Source: Octopus vulgaris (Eukaryota). Taken from it: a stretch of 64,000 nt of DNA. Positions 39,772 through 55,912 of the stretch are shown one piece after another; position 1 is the first letter of the stretch; every line of letters begins with the position of its first letter. The notes beneath the pieces were generated by a model, which saw only the letters and a program-made list of their open reading frames with translations, did not search any database and was not told the origin of the DNA. The stretch covers positions 41,540,001 to 41,604,000 of the forward strand of contig OX597827.1 of the NCBI GenBank assembly GCA_951406725.2. Direction: 5' to 3'. The translations under genes were made by a program, and so were the position numbers.

Positions 39772-39945
39772 GATGAAGTTCATAAGATAAGCGCTTATTC
39801 TTTTGTCATCTCTTTTCTTATTACCGTCTGTACTCAACTTACGCTTCGTCCAGAAGTACACGTATATTGAGTTCTACACCAGGTAAATAGTATCGCAGTG
39901 CCCAAGTGAAATATCTATCTGTCTGTCTATCTCTCTGTCTTTCTG

Positions 39946-40032
<87 letters not shown>

Positions 40033-40033
<1 letters not shown>

Positions 40034-40538
40034 AAAAAAGATGGGTGAATGTAGCAAGGATGGCACGTATGAATGACGAAGCCACCTTGAGCATAATAAT
40101 CCTATGAACCCAGAAATTGAAAACAGGGTTACCCACTTGCAAACAAATGTGGTAACATATAACAATATTGACCAAGGTTACCGTGGTCTTTTTCGTAGGC
40201 TTTTCTTCCCACGGATAAACCTTACTTGCTTTCCCCTTTACACCATACATCATGACACTGTGATACACGATCCCTATTGATCGTTTTTTTTCCTCTCCCC
40301 CTTTTTTCCTCTTTTTCTTCTTTTTTTTCATTTTTCTTTTCTTTTTTCCTTTTTTCTTTTTTTCCCTCTCCCCTTTTTTTCTTTTCCTTTTTTTCTTTTT
40401 CTTTCTTCTTTTTTCCCTTTTACGATCCCTTTTGATCGAAAACCTACGCCACCTTTTTTTTTCTCCCCCAAAAGAAAAGCTCTACCTTGTAACTTGTCCC
40501 ATCTGTGTGCAGCCCTGTGTGGCCAATAAAGAAACTTA
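40033..40538 (+). mobile_element. Tx1-like LINE 3' end (ORF end plus 3' UTR) inserted in (CTAT)n
   Basis: KKRWVNVARMARMNDEATLSIIIL*, T-rich UTR and shared tail; CTAT arrays on both sides. Confidence 0.75.
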
Positions 40539-41213
40539 TCTATCTATCTATCTATCTATCTATTTATCTATCTATCTAGAACTCTACATAGCTACGTTTC
40601 AAGTGTGAATATGCGTAATGAAGTCAGTACGAAAGAGCATGTCAATGAGTTTTCACATTGAATGCTAGTCTGCATCAGATTGTGTGTGTGTGTGCGTGCG
40701 TGTGTGGGTGTGCATGTGTGTGTGTGTGCCTCTGTGTGTGTGCGCGCATGTGTGTATGTGTGTGTTCGAAAGATATGCACACTTGGCTAATAACCTTCCA
40801 TTTGCTAATCTCTCTCAGAGTTGATGTATATTTTCCACATGACAAATGTATCCCATGATGCCTCATAAGAACAATATATCCCATGATGTCTTCTAAGAAG
40901 AACAGATAATCTGCTTTGACTGTAATCTTATCAATAGAGAATGTGTGTAGGTAAGCATTTACGCATACAGACACATACACACACACACAGATATACACAT
41001 ATATAATACATATATATATATATATATATAGACACAAAAACACACATACATGCATATAAACATATATTCATATATATATTTTATATGTACACACACAGAT
41101 GTATGTATGTATATATGTATGTATATATATATATATATGTATATATATGTATATGTACATACATATATATAAATACATGCCCATATATATGTATGTATAT
41201 GTATGTATGTGTA

Positions 41214-41258
<45 letters not shown>

Positions 41259-42854
41259 GTATATATGTATATATATGTATATATGCACACAAATACAGAT
41301 ACGTATATTTACGAGAACGGAAATACATGTACGAGAATGTTCTTTCAGCTGATGCGTATACATTGTCATATACGTATGTATGCACACATACACAAACGCA
41401 TTCATTCCGCACACATACATCTCCACATCCATTTGTGCGAATTAGCATTGTCCCACACCAGAAGGAGACACAAGGCAGATCTAAAGTTGTATTGTCACAT
41501 AACTCACTCAATCCGTTATTCCATGTTTGTCTAATATATTTATTGTCTTAACTTATAAGAAGAAAGAGGCTGTGACACACACGTACAAGAGATTTAGCGA
41601 TGCTATCTAACAGACAGCCATTAAATTTGCTTCAGCCGTTGAAGCCTACCACACAAGCTCACGCACATATACACACGTATGCGCTTACTTTTCCATATAG
41701 CCACGCGCTCACCACCGTATATATATATATATGGTTCTGGATTTGTGGTGTGGCGGCGGGGGGAAATTGTAATGCAGTACTCAATAAGTATATTTAAGTG
41801 TATTAAGAGTTCATTCGTTTGTTTCAGAATGAAGTTTTGCTTTGTTGCTATTCTGGGGCTTGCAGGAATGCGTTGGAGAATGTCTCAACAGGAAATATGT
41901 GTGAGAGTATGTGTGAATGTTTGTATGTATGTATGTATGTATGTATGTATGTATGTATGTATGTATGTATGTATGTATGTGTATGTATGTATGTATGTAT
42001 GTATGTATGTGTGTGTGTGTATGTATGTATGTATGTATGTATGCATGTATGTGTGAGTATGTATGTATGTATATATGTATGTATCACACACTGTCTCTCT
42101 AGTATATGCAAATTATGTATATATATATATATATATATATACAGTGAGAGAGAGAGAGGGAGAGAGAGAGAAAGAGAGAGAGAGGAAGAGAGAGAGGAAG
42201 AGAGAGAGAGAGAAAGAGTGAGATAAACAGACAGGTATATGTATATATTATATATATATATATAGGTATATAAATATCTACCTACCTATATATATCTATA
42301 AGCCTGTCTGTCTGTCAGTTTGTCAGTCAGTCTGAATGTATGTCTGTATGTATGTATGTGTTTGTACGCGCTCACAGATGCATGCACACACTCCCTCCCA
42401 CTCTCTCTTCCTCCCTCTCTCTCTCCCTCTCCTTCTCGCTTTCCCTCTCCCTCTTTCCTTCTCTTTCTTCCCCTCTCTACCTCTTTCCCTTCTTCCTTTG
42501 TCTCTCACATACGCACATATACTATCCAATGCTTTGCTGATTACGCTCTTTGAAGCAGAATCACATGTTCTCAATTGCCCACATTCACACATGCGCACAA
42601 GGAGGTCTCGAAACGTTAAAACCTTCATGCATTTTTCCGAGCATCAACCTAATATGCCTTGTTTGTTGTTCTTTCAACTCATCTTTGTGATTTCTTCAAT
42701 TTTGAATCACCCTCCTCCCAGACACATACACACACATGCACACATATTTTGTTCTCCGACCTACTCGAAATAACAGCGAAATCTTTCCCAAATCACACTG
42801 AATAATATACTTCTAAGCACTTTGTATTTAAAAATAAACAATACGGTATGGTGT

Positions 42855-43161
42855 TGTGTCTGGGGAGAGTCATTTTCTTTTTGTGCCTTATAATTTAACA
42901 CACTCAGCTTTGAAATTTCCACTTATTTCTTATTTTTATTTTCCTAAAATTTTCGTTGCGTCTTGCAACCTTTTCAACAGTCTTAGAGTCAAGACTATTG
43001 AAAAAGTTGCAAGACGCAACGAAAAGGTTGCAAGACGCAACGAAAAGGTTACAAGACGCAACGAAAATTTTAGGAAAATAAAAATAAGTAATAAGTGGAA
43101 ATTTTACCGGTGAGTGTGTTAAATTATAAGGTACAAAAAGAAAATGACTCTCCCCAGACAC
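42855..43161. mobile_element. Near-perfect fold-back element
   Basis: Arms of ~130 bp meet at 42984-42990; the right arm has a triplicated 21-bp unit (GGTTGCAAGACGCAACGAAAA). Confidence 0.85.
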
Positions 43162-43304
43162 GAACTCACATAAAGAATCTTGCAAACCAAATCCAAAAAC
43201 GAAATACGGTATGGGTTTTGCCGAAACAGTTCTGTTCAAAGATGCATTCAATTAAGATTGATCTGAGATTAAAATTGATCTGATTCAACAACCTTACTAA
43301 TAAT

Positions 43305-43515
43305 CTTTTCTATTATAGGCACAAGGCCTGAGATTTGGGGCAGGAGGATAGTCGATGACATCGACCTCAGTACGCAACTGGTACTTAATTTATCGACCCC
43401 GAAAGGATGAAAGGTAAAGTCGACTTCGGCGGAATTTGAACTCAGAACGTAAAGACTGGCGAAATGCCGCTAAGCGTTTCGCCCGGCGCGGTAAAGATTC
43501 TACCACCTTGCTGCC

Positions 43516-43517
<2 letters not shown>
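43305..43517 (-). mobile_element. SINE family C
   Basis: Homologous to 35598-35829 and 25556-25767. Confidence 0.85.
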
Positions 43518-44518
<1,001 letters not shown>

Positions 44519-44619
44519 CCTGCACTCTTAACCCCTACGCCATATATATATATATATATATATATTTAGTGTAGGAAGAAATGGAGCTGAACGAAGATTT
44601 AACAAAATTCCTTTTTATT

Positions 44620-44706
44620 ATTTTCTACATATGTTTCAAAGGCTGCAAAGTCCCTAATTCGGATTGAATAAGGAGTCCATTTTTGCAGCCTTCTCTTCAG
44701 GAAAAT
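44620..44706 (-). ncRNA. Type I hammerhead ribozyme
   Basis: ATTTTC-CTGAAGA-GAAGGCTGCAAA...TTTGCAGCCTTT-GAAAC-ATAT-GTA-GAAAAT. Confidence 0.9.
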
Positions 44707-45291
44707 CCAGGAACTTAATTCTCCAACAAAATGCACAGCAAGCTTTTCGACAAACGCTCACGAGGAGCCCATGGAATAAATGGCACAAACTGTTTATCAA
44801 TATGCGTTGACGCCAGGCTGGGTGAAAGCCGACGAAAAAGTCCGTTGAGATAATTCAAGGTCAAAATCCGGTTAACAGAAGGGGAGTACAGGAAAATCAA
44901 AGAGTGTGAATGTATTCTGTATGACTGGTGTTAATATTTGAATTATTTTAAGAATGAGTGCTAGAGTGTTTGAGTGTGAGAAATTGCTTTCATGTATGTG
45001 TGTGTGCGTCTATGTATGTGTGGCAGTGTGTTTAGAAGGCAGCAAGGGAGAGAGATATAGCTGGTATTAATGGTCAAGCAACAGAAAAGACTGTGTCTGT
45101 GTGTTCGTCTGTAACCAGTTGATAGAGAGAGGGGGTGTCAACAATGGTCATGGCAGGATACAGTGCTGCTGACAGGGATGTCAGTAGTTCTAGACAACTA
45201 GCAGTTCTTACACTAACAGGGGAGTGATATCCCCTTACAAATTTAATTCAAATTTTTTTCATTTTCTTAGGAAATCAAGGGGTTAACTATA

Positions 45292-45636
45292 TTAGACTTC
45301 ATTGGTATGAGAGAAATGTATGCCGTTTCCAGTGTGGGCATCTGAAAGAATTTTGCACAATCGAGTTAACAAGGTGCCCTCGGGCGAACAGAATATGAAA
45401 GAGTTCCGAGTTACAAAGAGCACAGATTTTTTGCCCTTATCAAACGGTAAAGACACCGATAAAATTGACCATTCCAGTCTAAAAGTTGAATTCGCGTTCT
45501 TCAAACGCCAGACTAATCTACTTAGTCCCGTAGCGTGTTGCTTTTCCTTATCACGAAACGTGGAAAAATGATTCGATATTCTAACAGCCAATTTCGATGA
45601 TGAAGCTCCGATATAAATGTAGACATCTGAATCAGT
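45292..45636 (-). pseudogene. PLE GIY-YIG endonuclease C-terminal part
   Basis: DVYIYIGASSSKLAVRISNHFSTFRDKEKQHATGLSRLVWRLKNANSTFRLEWSIL, matching the YIG..R..NH..F..T.LS..W.LK..W.IL pattern. Confidence 0.8.
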
Positions 45637-45805
45637 TTAAACTCTGCACTAAATATATAAAACTTCAAATTTCCGCACTAAGGTACGGATTTTAGGCCCC
45701 ATGGTCGTAACCTCAACCATGCTTTTTCTGTTGTGTTTTTTGCTACCCAGGTGTCGGTTATCCTTTGAATAATCCGTAATAAGATAATTCATTTATCTAC
45801 TTCAA

Positions 45806-45860
<55 letters not shown>

Positions 45861-45984
45861 CCACTATATCATAGACAACAGATGAGAATTCTGTAATTTG
45901 CTGAGCAAACTGCACAGGTGGTTTGTTTATTGTGATCAAATGTTTGTGCTGTACATAAGTCTACTTCCGTCATCAAATTTACAG

Positions 45985-46143
45985 TGCTTGTAGAGGTGCA
46001 CGCCGTGTCTCGAGTCAAACGTCGAAGTGATTGCAGAAGTACGTGAAATGTAGTGTCCTAAACAAAGAGCACGAATCGGGAATCGAAACTACGATCTCAC
46101 GATCGGGGTTGTAACACCCAAAGCACTAGACCACGCGGCCTCA
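45985..46143 (-). mobile_element. Diverged tRNA-derived SINE fragment
   Basis: CGCGTGGTCTAGTG A-box and AGTTTCGATTCCC B-box. Confidence 0.6.
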
Positions 46144-47002
46144 CAGAGAATTTACAAAAAGAAACAAAAAAAAAAACGTTCGTGCAAGAGTATCAACAGA
46201 GTAAAGCTTACAAAAAAGGAAAAAAAAAGATAAGAATGCTGACAGGGTTAAGAACACTTTCCAAACAGCTTGCAGGAGAGTCTTTCAAACAAATTAGTTG
46301 ACTTTTCTGTCATTGATATAAATCACTAGATAATTGAAAATAAAAGAAATGAGAAGTTTCAGATATTGGGGATATTGGAAAACAAGATAAAAAGATTTTG
46401 GAAAATGGCCGACGGAAAAAAAGAAAAAAACAACTACAAAACAAAATCTTTGAATTGTTAACAGATGTTATACTACTAATTTCTTCCCCGTTATTTTCTT
46501 CAGCTAAATTTCATTGGGTTTACATAAATGCATACATACATACATACATACATACATACATACATACATACATACATACATACATACAAACATACATACA
46601 TACATACATACGTACATACATAATACACAACACATACATACAGACATATACACACGTACATACATACATGAATACATACATATACAGACATATATGTATA
46701 TATACATACAGAGAGGGAGACACACAGACACACACTGACACACACATATATACATGCATATATATATATACATACATACCCACACAACATGTATGTATGT
46801 ATGTATGTATGTATGTACGTATGTATGTATGTGTGTATGCATGCATGTATGTATGTATGCATGTATGTATGTATGTTTTGTATGTATGTATGTATGCATG
46901 TATGTATGTATGTATGTATGTATGTATGTATGTATGTATGTATGTATGTGTGTATGTATGTATGTATGCATGCATGCATGTATGTATGTATATATATGTA
47001 CA

Positions 47003-47045
<43 letters not shown>

Positions 47046-47059
<14 letters not shown>

Positions 47060-47363
47060 GGCAGTTTGTCTGTGCGTGTTTCTGTGTGTCTGTTTGCTTG
47101 TACCCTCACCCTGACCACGGCTTTCAACCGATTCTGATGAAACTTGACACACACATAGCCCAATGTCATAATTCAAAACTAACGCAGCGAAAATTTTGAA
47201 AAGTTCCCCCAGTTCTGAAAAAAATCGATAAATTCGACATGGGGTCCAGAATCACAAACACAAACCACAAACTGTCTAGGGGACGCAAGTCCACCTTTTT
47301 TTACTCTCAAAAAAAATTTACCATCATTTCCCTTACAAACCTGAGCAACGCCGGGCGATACTG

Positions 47364-47367
<4 letters not shown>
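47046..47367 (+). mobile_element. Non-autonomous Helitron (internal deletion)
   Basis: Near-identical to 60783-61165; 3' hairpin plus CTAA end; inside (TA)n. Confidence 0.85.
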
Positions 47368-47432
<65 letters not shown>

Positions 47433-48450
47433 GAATCTTTTCCTTTACACACGCTATGCATACGCTGGATTGAAAGTACGACTGTGTTCTAGGATTATCT
47501 TTTATATCAAGTTTTTCTCCATAACTTTTTGTTCTGTCCTTCGTAATTAGTTTTCAACTGTAAAAATCTAGGTCCTTCATAGTTACTAGACTATGGTATA
47601 GTTACTGCCATCACCACTGCCAGGACTACCAGATGCTATGACTTCAGCCTTCTTTGGCCTTGTCAATGGTAGATGCTCGAAAACTGGAAATAGCAGTGAT
47701 TCCTCCACCAACGATATACGTAGACTCTCAGTGCTTAATCAGGCACTGATGCCACAAATAACCAGTGGGTTTATTACAAAATAATAGCGACAGAAGCAGT
47801 ACTAGTACCGAAAGATAATATTTATCACCACTTAAAAGTGGTTGTTGCATTAGAACACCGAATATTGCGATAGTTACCACGAGAGAACCTCTCATATGGA
47901 CTTGTGGTGCATATAAGCACTCTTGTTTATATCACTAGCAGGAGATAATCCACCACCATCGCCACTGTCTAATTAAGTACTAGTTTCGTTGGAAGTTCTA
48001 TACAAGACGGTTGTCTTAAGTCGTAATTTCCTATGAAGTTTTGTTTCATCTTGTGTGACGTACAAGGTTTGCAATTGCCTCCTGCTGTCACTACATAGCA
48101 AGTTAGCGAGAAACTGTCGTATTTGTATGACCAATGTGATAATTAGAGCCGTGAAGTTGACTATTTTCACGTCACCTATGAAATTTTTCCGTGTCTTCGA
48201 AAATAGTGGAAGGCAGGCAAGGAGTTAGCATCGCAGCGGAAATTTAACCACAATGCTTGCAACATACAAGATTCTGTCACAGACACACAAAGGCCTAGTC
48301 ATAGTGTAAAGATACGTGACTGATTATGTCTACTACCGAAAAACAGATCGGTGGACCACGTTGAAACTCACTCACAATTACTATTCGCAGTAGGTTCATA
48401 AATATATGGTTTAGCATTCGCTGAGGATATCTTAAAATATTTATGCCTTT

Positions 48451-48598
48451 ATATTATATTAAATATGATCTTGTATTATATTATATTAAATATGATCTTG
48501 TATTATATTATATTAAATATGATCTTGTATTATATTATATTAAATATGATCTTGTATTATATTATATTAAATATGATCTTGTATTATATTATATTATT
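48451..48598. repeat. 27-bp minisatellite, ~5.5 copies
   Basis: ATATTATATTAAATATGATCTTGTATT repeated. Confidence 0.95.
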
Positions 48599-48854
48599 AA
48601 AATATAGTGCAATATATTATATTATTATATTATGTAATATTATCAATGCAGTTTATGTACGGTTATGATATATTAAGCGTTGAGTATTACGAATAATTTT
48701 ATGCTCTGCAGTTAGTATGAATCTGGTTCATGGCGTACAAGTATTTAAAAAAACCCATATTACACACAAATGATATTACAAGAAATATTTGTCACTATCA
48801 ATAGAATAGATAAACACACACACATATATAATATAAAAATAATAAAATAATAAA

Positions 48855-49083
48855 TGCACCCTTTTAAAGCCTAGCCAGGCTCATGGGCCCGGTTTCCCGG
48901 TTTCAATGGCGTATGTGTTCCCCAACTGGACCGTCGCCAGTCCATCGCAGCGTTACTCATTTTTGCTAGCTGAGTGGACTGGAGCAACGTGAAATGAACA
49001 CAACGCGTCGCCCGGTCCAGGAATCGAAACCACAATCTTACGATCATGATGCCAACACCCTAACCACTAAGCCACGCGCCTCC
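48855..49083 (-). mobile_element. tRNA-derived SINE, CORE-like head with tail T1
   Basis: GGAGGCGCGTGGCTTAGTGGTTAGG, GGTTTCGATTCC, CACGTTGCTCCAGTCCACTCAGCT; tail shared with the 3857 copy. Confidence 0.85.
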
Positions 49084-49557
49084 ACACACACATACATGTA
49101 TTCAAGCATTATTCCAGCAAGTCGAAAATTTAAGGTTACTGTCAAATTTTTCTTGTGAAAATTAATAAATATGCGCCTTAATAAAAGTATTGAGTAACCT
49201 ATCGATTTATTGTTTGTTTGTATTTTATGTAACTTCACACATAGACACACAGACACACACACACACACACATGCGCATACACAGATCTGTTTTTCTTAAA
49301 AACAATACATCTATGAAATCGAACTGTTTACTCCAGCAGAGTTACCTGTTGAACTCGTAAAAATCCCGTTATTTGACTTACGAGTTGCTGCATAGTAAAC
49401 CAAACACACACGCACACACACGCACTCACACACATTGACACGCACACACATTCACATGCACACACACATGTATATATGCCTATATACGTAAAAACATACG
49501 TTTAAATAAATACACGTATATATATCTATATAAATACATACATACATACACACACAC

Positions 49558-49637
<80 letters not shown>

Positions 49638-49732
49638 AGAGAGGGAGAGAGAGAAAGAGGGAGTAACCGATACATACATTCATACAAACGTACATATATA
49701 CTTTATCAATCTATGATTATACATGCTCGCAC

Positions 49733-49787
<55 letters not shown>

Positions 49788-49933
49788 CATATATACATAC
49801 ACACATACATACGTATATATGTAAATATATATATATATATATATATAAATACATATATATGTATGTACATATACATACATACGCATACATACATGCATGC
49901 ATGCATACATACATACATACATACATACATACA

Positions 49934-49965
<32 letters not shown>

Positions 49966-50754
49966 CATTCATATATATATATATATACATTCATACATTT
50001 ATATATATATATACATACATACATACATACATATATGATAAAGTGAAAATGCGCAATTCACTCGAAATAAATGCTGTATCCCTTTTAGACATATTAAATA
50101 ACAAATAATAATTGTTATATCGCTTTTAGATATATGAAATATCTTTACATTTAATACCACTCAGTTTACGCTCTTGGAACTATTCAAGGAGAATACCTAG
50201 TAGTTTCCTTTTAAGTGTCTTTAAAAAAAAATGTAATAAATGACGTTATAGATTGCTGCGCTTGTCTTTGTATAATTGTATGACTTTTGAAGTGTGCAGA
50301 GCTTAAGAAAGCAAAAAAAATAAAGAAAAAGGAAAACATTATCTGTGTGTATGCGTATGTATATATGTTTGGGTTTTGTGCGCGTATATTATATATATGT
50401 ATATATATGTATATTTATATGTATATTTGTATGTATTAGGAACAAGTTTGCCTTTTAGACATATATTGAAAATACGACTCTTGTTGTCAGACAAACAGTA
50501 AAGGACACATCGTGTGCATGTGTGTGTATATATTTGTGTATTTATGTGTGTGTGTGTGTGTGTATTTATGTCTGTGCGTGTTGTGTGTGTGTTTGTATAT
50601 TTGTATATATGAGGAACGGGCTTGTCTTTAGGCGTATATTAAAAATACGACTCTTGTAGACAAGTTGTAAGGGGCGCTGTGTGTTTGTACGTATCTGTAT
50701 TTGTGTGTGTGTGTTTATGAGCATTTATGTATATATCTAGATTTGTATATATTT

Positions 50755-50810
<56 letters not shown>

Positions 50811-51449
50811 GGGGAACGTGTATTTCTTTCGAACATATTGAAAATACAACCCTTGTCGTCAAACTGTAAGAGAAACAAATATGAAAAATACCCATAAAAA
50901 ATATAAACAATAGCATTGTACAACATACAAATACATACGCATGATTCGCCTATACAAACTTTTATACGTGCTTACAGACATACATGCTTGTGAAATTTTA
51001 GATAAGCAAAGGCTCTCAGAGAAAGAAACCAACCAGCTAGCACACACATTACAAATAGAGTTTGTAAGCGGAACAGTAAAACTATGCAAGACTTTTCTCA
51101 GGTTTTAAAATGTGACGTTGCTTTCGTTATCTACATTTCAAAAATGGAGCTTTGTATCTTTGTTAGAAACCAACTTCTTCTTCTTCTTCTTCTTCTTCAG
51201 AAGAATTCAAATAATTAAAAACAAAAGAGAACATTCTTTTATTCTTTTATTTGTTCCAGTCTTTTGACTGCGGCCATGCTGGAGGAATTTAGGCAAAAGC
51301 TTAGAAATATTAGGTTTTTCGAAGAAAGAGCAGAAGAAACTGATGCACATTCTCCAAATCCAATCTATTTGTGGCACAGTGAAGATTTGTAAGGCATTCC
51401 GAAGATTCTCCATCTAAGATTCTTTAGATGAAACGATGCACACATTTAG

Positions 51450-51830
51450 GGGTGTGTAGCACAGCCAACACACCACGAGGGTTCCGGTTGATCCGATGAA
51501 CGGAACAGCCTGCTCGTGAAATTAACGTGTAAGTGGCTGAGCACTCCACAGACACGTGTACCCTTAACGTAGTTCTCGGGGATATTCAGCGTGACACAGA
51601 GAGTGACAAGGCCGGCCCTTTGAAATACAGGTACAACAGAAACAGGAAGTAAGAGTGAGAGAAAGTTGTGGTGAAAGAGTACAGCAGGGATCACCACCAT
51701 CCCTGCCGGAACCTCGTGGAGCTTTAGGTGTTTTCGCTCAATAAACACTCACAACGCCCGGTCTGGGAATCGAAACGCGATCCTACGACCACGAGTCCGC
51801 TGCCCTAACAACTGGGCCATTGCGCCTCCA
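51450..51830 (-). mobile_element. tRNA-derived SINE, head type A with tail T3
   Basis: Head matches the 11327 copy; tail matches the 4982 copy. Confidence 0.9.
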
Positions 51831-52689
51831 CATACATACATACATACACACACACACATACAGAGCAAACCTAATGTACTTAAATAACACCCCAAAGAAA
51901 TATTGTATAGTTTATATTCTTGATTGTTCCTTCTGTTAGTAGTCCATCGTTTTTTGTGTCGATAAGGTGGAGAAACTGACGAAGTGCTTCTTTAGCTTCG
52001 ATTCATTTGATTATATAAATGTGCGCACGCACACACATAGAAATATCGGCGACTAAAGCTGTATTAACATCGAAAGGCAATCCTTATATCCAAATTAACG
52101 CCGATTACTGGAAACGGCCAGGTCATATTATTTCAGAGTATCACACTTCTTTCGGTGCCCATATCAGACGATACTCGTCTGCTCTGATATATGTCTATGC
52201 TGTTAAGCACTGTGTGTCTATATAAGAAGACATCTAAAGGCAAATACTACAGTACTCCGTGTACTGTGCTAACAACATGTTCACGTTAAGTTGGATATAA
52301 AGATTGATTGTTTATATGCACAAACATAAATGTATGTATATATGTATGTATATAATATACATGTATATTATATCATTTATTCTAAATATTATACAAGTGT
52401 ATTACCCGTCATATGACAGTTTTCTTTCGAATTATTGTCTTTGCAACCATGGTTAAGTTGATAAGAGTTAAATAATAACTATTGTATGTAAGCCATATAT
52501 TGTGAAATTACTCATGGTGATAAACGTGTATGGATATTATTGTTGAAATTATAGTGATCAGTTACTATAAAATCTTAATTTAGCGAATAATCTATAAAGC
52601 AGTTTTTTTGGAAAGCATGTTAGGACAATATTCAATATTACAATAAATATTAACTGTGACAACTACTCTGTCATTGAAAATCAATTATT

Positions 52690-53070
52690 TCTTAAAATTA
52701 GTTATGTTCTTTGCTGCACATGTTAATATATTTTTCATGACTAAATTGCTGCTGTTTTACTGTCATTCGTTTGCCTTGTGACGATCCAGTTTGTCCGATG
52801 TAATTTTCTGGACATCCCCAACGTATTATTACAATGATTAAATGCTGAGAGTAGCAATTGAAACACTCTTGTCCTTTAAAGATGTATCCATTCAGAGACT
52901 TGAACTCTGAGCCTACGCTCAAATATGGGCATGAACCACAGTTTGATCTTCTACATCCTATAACAATGGAGTTAAAGACTTCTTATGGGCTTTTGCCCCA
53001 GTTAGTAGATTTTCCTTTGTCTTAGGTTTTGTTTTGCTTTTGAAGACTGGTTTGTTTTCCAGGACATTTT
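52690..53070 (-). pseudogene. PLE Cys-rich linker plus GIY-YIG N-terminal remnant (Neptune-like arrangement)
   Basis: GCRRSNCGSCPYLSVGSEFK..FNCYSQHLIIVIIRWGCPENYIGQTGSSQGKRMTVKQQQF. Confidence 0.8.
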
Positions 53071-54017
53071 ATATTTTCTGGCCTTCATATGTTATTGTTA
53101 ATTTTCTTTTTACACACATATAGTAGAACATTTCGTTACTTCTGGTTTTTCTTCAAAATTACGTTCAAGACACATGTCGGCGGAAAACTCAGCCACTCCG
53201 CACGCTACTCCAACGAGTAAGTCATCAAAATTGATGGGAGAGCCCATTGCGCATGCACGCGGGCACGCACGCATATCGACATATACACGCATGAATATAC
53301 GGCATATACACACATTGTACTGTTTGAATTCCGACAGACTTATAATTAAAGTATTTCCGCCGTGATCTCATCCCTTTACAAAGTGATATACAGCAATATT
53401 TTCTAATTAGTTATTTCCTTATTCAAACCACAGGGTATGTGTGTTAAAACAAATTCTGACTTATTTCTAGCAAGGCGAGTGACCACATCGTGAAGGCGCT
53501 GTCTTTGACAGCAGCCTTTCAGTATTGTGTCGGATCTGACATTGCTTAAATTATTATATTTGTCACAAAAATTTCTTTTGCTGTTTGGATTCGCCTTTGT
53601 TGTTAATGTCTTTGCTATTTCAGGATATTGGGGCACACTTGCATACATACATTCATTCATACATACATACATACATACATACATACATACATACATACAT
53701 ACATACATACATACCGACGTACATACATTCATACATACGTATATACATACATTCATTCATACATATATGCATGCATACATATATACATATATACATGCAT
53801 GCATGCCTACATACATGTATACATGCATACATACATGCATGCATACATACATATACAACATGCATAATATGTACATACGCATATATCTATATGTATGCCT
53901 ATACAAACACACACACACATATATATATATATACATGTGCATATACAAATACATGGTTATGCATATATCTATATATCTACATATGCATACGCATACATTA
54001 GATGTACATATACATAC

Positions 54018-54144
<127 letters not shown>

Positions 54145-54299
54145 CATATATGTATGTATGTATTTATTTTGTTAAAAGAAATTGCTACTATTGTTTATGC
54201 TGTTGTCTTTCTTATTGTTTTGTTATGTGGCTTTGCGCCTGTTATAATGCTTCGTACAACAAAACCATCTGAATTTTTCGTTCATCTACACGTTGATCT

Positions 54300-54335
<36 letters not shown>

Positions 54336-54463
54336 GGAGAGAGAAAAAGTGAGAGAGAAAGAGAGAGAGAGGGAATGAGTGAGAATAAAAGAGAGACAGA
54401 GGGGGAGAGAAAAAAAGCAATAACAACAGTATAATGTCACGTGGAATTATCGTTAGTGTTGTA

Positions 54464-55263
<800 letters not shown>

Positions 55264-55822
55264 TACTCAATTTCTACTTTCACTTTCAATATATATATAT
55301 ATATTTAAAAAAAGCTATTTGCTTTTTTGTTCTCATTGTTACTGCTGTTGATAACATGATCAGTGTTGCTGATGTGTGCTGTTTCATTATTGTCAAACAC
55401 TTCATGTAAGTGTTGATGTTGTTGCTGGGTATATATATTCGTCTGGTTTATTATATGTTTTCTTATTTAATAATACTTTTCAATTTTTCAGTTTAAATTT
55501 ATTTTCATCCAATTCTGTTTCCGATTCTTTTCTCTGTTGATTCTATTTACATTGTAAAAAAATAAACAGAAATATGTATGCATGTAAGTATGTATGCATA
55601 TATATATATATATATATATTTATACGTGCCTATGTATTTATACGCTCAAAACTCAACTGTATATACACATATGCATATAAATGTGTGTATATAGACTCAC
55701 ACACTCATATTCACAGACGCTTACCTATATGTATATATATACATACATATATACACACATTTATATACATACCAGAGTACAGATTTATGCATACAAATGT
55801 ATCCATATACATACATACATAT

Positions 55823-55862
<40 letters not shown>

Positions 55863-55866
55863 ACAA

Positions 55867-55912
<46 letters not shown>

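Larger units (their letters stand above)
44561..45810 (-). mobile_element. 5'-truncated Penelope-like element with inverted terminal segment
   Basis: GIY-YIG remnant, 3' UTR and HHR on the minus strand; 45647-45810 on the plus strand matches the 22790-22932 tail; (TA)n on both sides. Confidence 0.85.

Noticed and set aside
47128-47147. CTGATGAAAC in the Helitrons (also ~61066-61075 on the minus strand)
   Set aside because: There is no stem II or I around it; it is part of the CCGATT.TGATGAAA.TT motif common in non-autonomous Helitrons, not a hammerhead.
48451-48598. Regular 27-bp repeats as a CRISPR array
   Set aside because: No spacers, eukaryotic context and no cas genes; it is a minisatellite.
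53170-53222. 47-nt micro-exon candidate ending in GTAAGT (a similar one lies at 63782-63816)
   Set aside because: Splice-like motifs alone are expected by chance; no partner exons or homology.
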